DNA of 64,000 bases from Spirochaetia bacterium (GTDB lineage Bacteria > Spirochaetota > Spirochaetia > SZUA-6 > Bin103): assembly GCA_965198005.1 (NCBI GenBank), contig CBDAOI010000001.1:32001-96000 (forward strand), given 5' to 3'. A model generated the notes under the pieces. That model saw only the letters and a list, made by a program, of their open reading frames with translations, was not told the origin of the DNA and made no database searches. Of the stretch, positions 61,772-64,000 are shown piece after piece. Both the position numbers and the translations under genes were made by a program. Each line of letters opens with the position of its first letter. Position 1 is the first letter of the stretch.

Positions 61772-62146
61772 CTATCCGTGCCGCGTGGCGCCAGCACTCG
61801 CGTGTAGGCGGGTCAGGGCCGTGACGAGGTGTTGGTTGAGGCTCACACCCTCGTCTTCGGCCGCGCTCGCCAGCGCTCGATGCAGGCTTCTGGGAATGCG
61901 CAGCGTAACGCGGCCACTGAACTCATCCTGCGGGCTGGTCGGGGGCGGGAACGGCCGGTCGGTCTCGGCAAACATCGCGGCTGCCGTCTCGATGGTGTCG
62001 ATGGTCAGATCGTAGGCTGCCTGTGCGGACTCCGCATATTCCCGAACGTCCGGCAGCTCCTTGACGCGAGCCTCGAACAGTGGTTCGCCTTCGAACACGA
62101 ACTCCCGCACCGTGATGTTGTACGCATACGGGTTGAGTCTCTTCAT
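61772..62146 (-). CDS. hicB: HicB family antitoxin
   Basis: FEARVKELPD…FPPP…FSGRVTLRIPRSLHRALA..A..EGVSLNQ. Confidence 0.88.
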   Translation of the reverse strand: MKRLNPYAYNITVREFVFEGEPLFEARVKELPDVREYAESAQAAYDLTIDTIETAAAMFAETDRPFPPPTSPQDEFSGRVTLRIPRSLHRALASAAEDEGVSLNQHLVTALTRLHASAGATRHG

Positions 62147-62442
62147 CACTTCTGACCTCCCGGCAGTTTCTGCAAGTCATCCGCATGGGACGCGAGCAAC
62201 GAGCGGATACTCGCCACGTACACCGGCTTGACCTGCGGGTTTTTCCCATGGCCGCAAGAAAAGGCGGCCGACGTAAAGACATCCAGCCCCGGATGGGTGA
62301 TGACCTTGTGGCCCTGCCTTCGGCCATCGCGGACGGAAAAGCCGAGCCCGGTCAGCAACCGGATCATCGCGTCGCACCGAATACGCGCGCCGGTGGACAG
62401 ATAGGCGATGGCAGCGTGGACACCCGGTCCAACCCCCGGCAT
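62146..62442 (-). CDS. hicA: HicA family toxin
   Basis: LL.GLGF.VR.G…GHKVITHP…VKPVYV..I. Confidence 0.8.
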   Translation of the reverse strand: MPGVGPGVHAAIAYLSTGARIRCDAMIRLLTGLGFSVRDGRRQGHKVITHPGLDVFTSAAFSCGHGKNPQVKPVYVASIRSLLASHADDLQKLPGGQK

Positions 62443-62462
62443 GACACCATATATAGTGTCAT
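62441..62462. promoter_or_regulatory. Palindrome over the hicA start (probable operator)
   Basis: ATGACAC-catatata-GTGTCAT. Confidence 0.55.
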
Positions 62463-62471
62463 ACGTGTCTT

Positions 62472-62799
62472 CGGTCCACCCGCCGGCGCCCCAGGCACTG
62501 CTCGTGACCGAGGGTGCCGCCCTCGCTGTTCGGTCCCTGCGAATCGCAGGCATACCGCGAGAGTCGGCGCGGGCTGGAGGTGCTGCGCCAGGACAGCTGA
62601 TAGTGGTCCTGCCATGCTCAGCCGCGAAGGGCGTGAGTACATGCAGCAGGCGCCATGGCTGGCGCTCTGGCCGGGCCTGTGCCTGACGATCGTGGTCTAC
62701 AGTCTGAACATGTTCGGCGATGCGGTGCGGGACCTGCTCGACCCGCGGCTCAGGGGTGGTGGGGGACGTCTCGGTGCCGCTGCCGCCGGGTCGGTCTAG
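62472..62799 (+). pseudogene. Collapsed cassette: leader-2 fragment, dppB stub, dppC 3' end
   Basis: Leader block, ctggaggtgctgcgccaggac (LEVLRQD), MLSREGREYM…DLLDPRLRGG. Confidence 0.8.
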
Positions 62800-62965
62800 C
62801 GCCTCCTGCAGGTGCTCCGTGACAGTCGTTTCTGCGCGGTGGGCGGCTGCATCGCCCGCGGCCGGCGCTCGGTCACCGCTTTGCCGCGCCGGGGAGGGGA
62901 TAATCGGGATCGACTCGTTGACAGATGCACTTGGCGGCCCGATACTCGTCATTGAGAATGACCAC

Positions 62966-63619
62966 ATGGACACCACGGTTGCCGCGCGACATTACCGGGG
63001 ACTCCGCATCGTCACGTCCGACGACTGCACGGTGGCTGACCTGTCGGCGCTGCAGCGGTTCTGGACCGAAGCGCAGTACCTGACGCTGACCAACCACAGT
63101 CATCGTCTGATCGAGTTCACCGACGGCTGCATCGAGATCCTGCCCATGCCTACCCAACGACACCAAGCGATTTCGCGGTTCCTGTTCCTGGCATTGGTTG
63201 CGGCCGTTCGCAACCGCGGAGGGGACGTGTTCTACGCTCCGCTGCGTCTGCGGATTCGCAACGGCAAGTTCCGCGAGCCGGACATCATGCTCGTCCGCAA
63301 GGCCGGAGACCCGCGCTGTCGCGATGACTTCTGGATCGGCGCCGACCTGGTCATGGAGGTGGTGAGTCCTGACGATCCGTACCGCGACCTCGTCGAGAAG
63401 CGCATCGACTACGCGGAGGCGGGCATTCCCGAATACTGGATCGTCAATCCCATCGACGACACGGTGACCGTGCTCGTCCTCGGCGACGGCGAATACCGGG
63501 AGCACGGCGTGTTCCGCGCGGGCGCGTACGCCGATTCGCCAAACCTGCCCGACGTCTCGATTTCCGTAAGCGACACGTTCGAAGCGGCACTGCCGCGTCA
63601 CCACGGCGCATCGCCATAG
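62966..63619 (+). CDS. Uma2 (DUF820) family endonuclease
   Basis: IEF.DG…MPT..HQ…REPDI…ADLVMEVVSP…K..DYAEAGIPEYWIVNP. Confidence 0.9.
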   Translation: MDTTVAARHYRGLRIVTSDDCTVADLSALQRFWTEAQYLTLTNHSHRLIEFTDGCIEILPMPTQRHQAISRFLFLALVAAVRNRGGDVFYAPLRLRIRNGKFREPDIMLVRKAGDPRCRDDFWIGADLVMEVVSPDDPYRDLVEKRIDYAEAGIPEYWIVNPIDDTVTVLVLGDGEYREHGVFRAGAYADSPNLPDVSISVSDTFEAALPRHHGASP

Positions 63620-63691
63620 TGGCGTGCTCAACCGTCGCCCACGTCCGGATTCGCTTGACACCCGGCGCGGCCGGGGCCAGGCTGCCTGACC

Positions 63692-64000
63692 ATGCCTGGA
63701 TTGTTTGACCTGCCGCTGGCAGAGCTGCGCAGCTACCGCGGGCGCAACCCGCGGCCGGCGGACTTCGACGCCTACTGGGAACGCGCGCTGGCGGAGCTGG
63801 ACGCGGTGGCCCCTGCGGTACAGTTGGAACCGGCCGTGTTTCAGGTGCCGTGCGCGCGTTGCGACCACCTGTACTTCAGCGGCGTTGGCGGTGCGCGGGT
63901 GCACGCCAAGCTGCTGCGGCCGGCGGCGGTTGGCGCGCCCGGGCGGGCGCTGGTCAACTTCCACGGCTACACCGGCCGCTCCCCCGACTGGTCGAGCCTG
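63692..64000 (+). CDS. Acetyl xylan esterase / cephalosporin-C deacetylase (AXE1), runs off the window
   Basis: FDLPLAEL..Y…P.DFD.YW…[13 protein letters not shown]…FHGY.G. Confidence 0.85.
   Translation, partial: MPGLFDLPLAELRSYRGRNPRPADFDAYWERALAELDAVAPAVQLEPAVFQVPCARCDHLYFSGVGGARVHAKLLRPAAVGAPGRALVNFHGYTGRSPDWSSL

Noticed and set aside
1-64000. Classical integron
   Set aside because: No IntI and no convincing attC (RYYYAAC…GTTRRRY) sites. The tyrosine recombinase pieces are truncated XerD-like and RIT-like fragments.
1-64000. tRNA or rRNA genes
   Set aside because: None recognised by eye; a tRNAscan-SE/Infernal run would be needed to exclude them.

Overview
GC-rich bacterial accessory region. 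The export signals (…LTATGLWA-A/G-x-E) look Spirochaetota-like, which is an inference. The window is built as an array of peptide/nickel-type (SBP family 5, Dpp/Opp-like) ABC importer cassettes of the form SBP + DppB + DppC, with no ATPase gene. Five cassettes are essentially complete (5.5-9.4, 33.2-37.0, 45.6-49.6, 51.1-55.1 and 57.2-61.3 kb, the last with a frameshifted dppB), and there are roughly nine eroded remnants. Between cassettes lie about 19 intact or broken toxin-antitoxin loci, AAA-ATPase/PD-(D/E)XK genes, remnants of IS66, IS4, IS21, IS91, IS110 and IS1634, group II intron pieces and fused fragments of unrelated genes. The most novel-looking signal is a conserved 5' module in front of the SBP genes. 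It has a GAGCGGTTGACA promoter motif, a Shine-Dalgarno-led 11-codon uORF (MILK[E/G]PHARAA, 4 copies, with synonymous changes) whose stop codon sits inside a switchable 12-bp stem, further conserved hairpins, and a near-identical signal-peptide sequence fused to divergent SBP bodies. Two recently duplicated SBPs differ mainly by clustered codon replacements. All family calls come from motif recognition by eye, not from database searches, and fragment boundaries are approximate.
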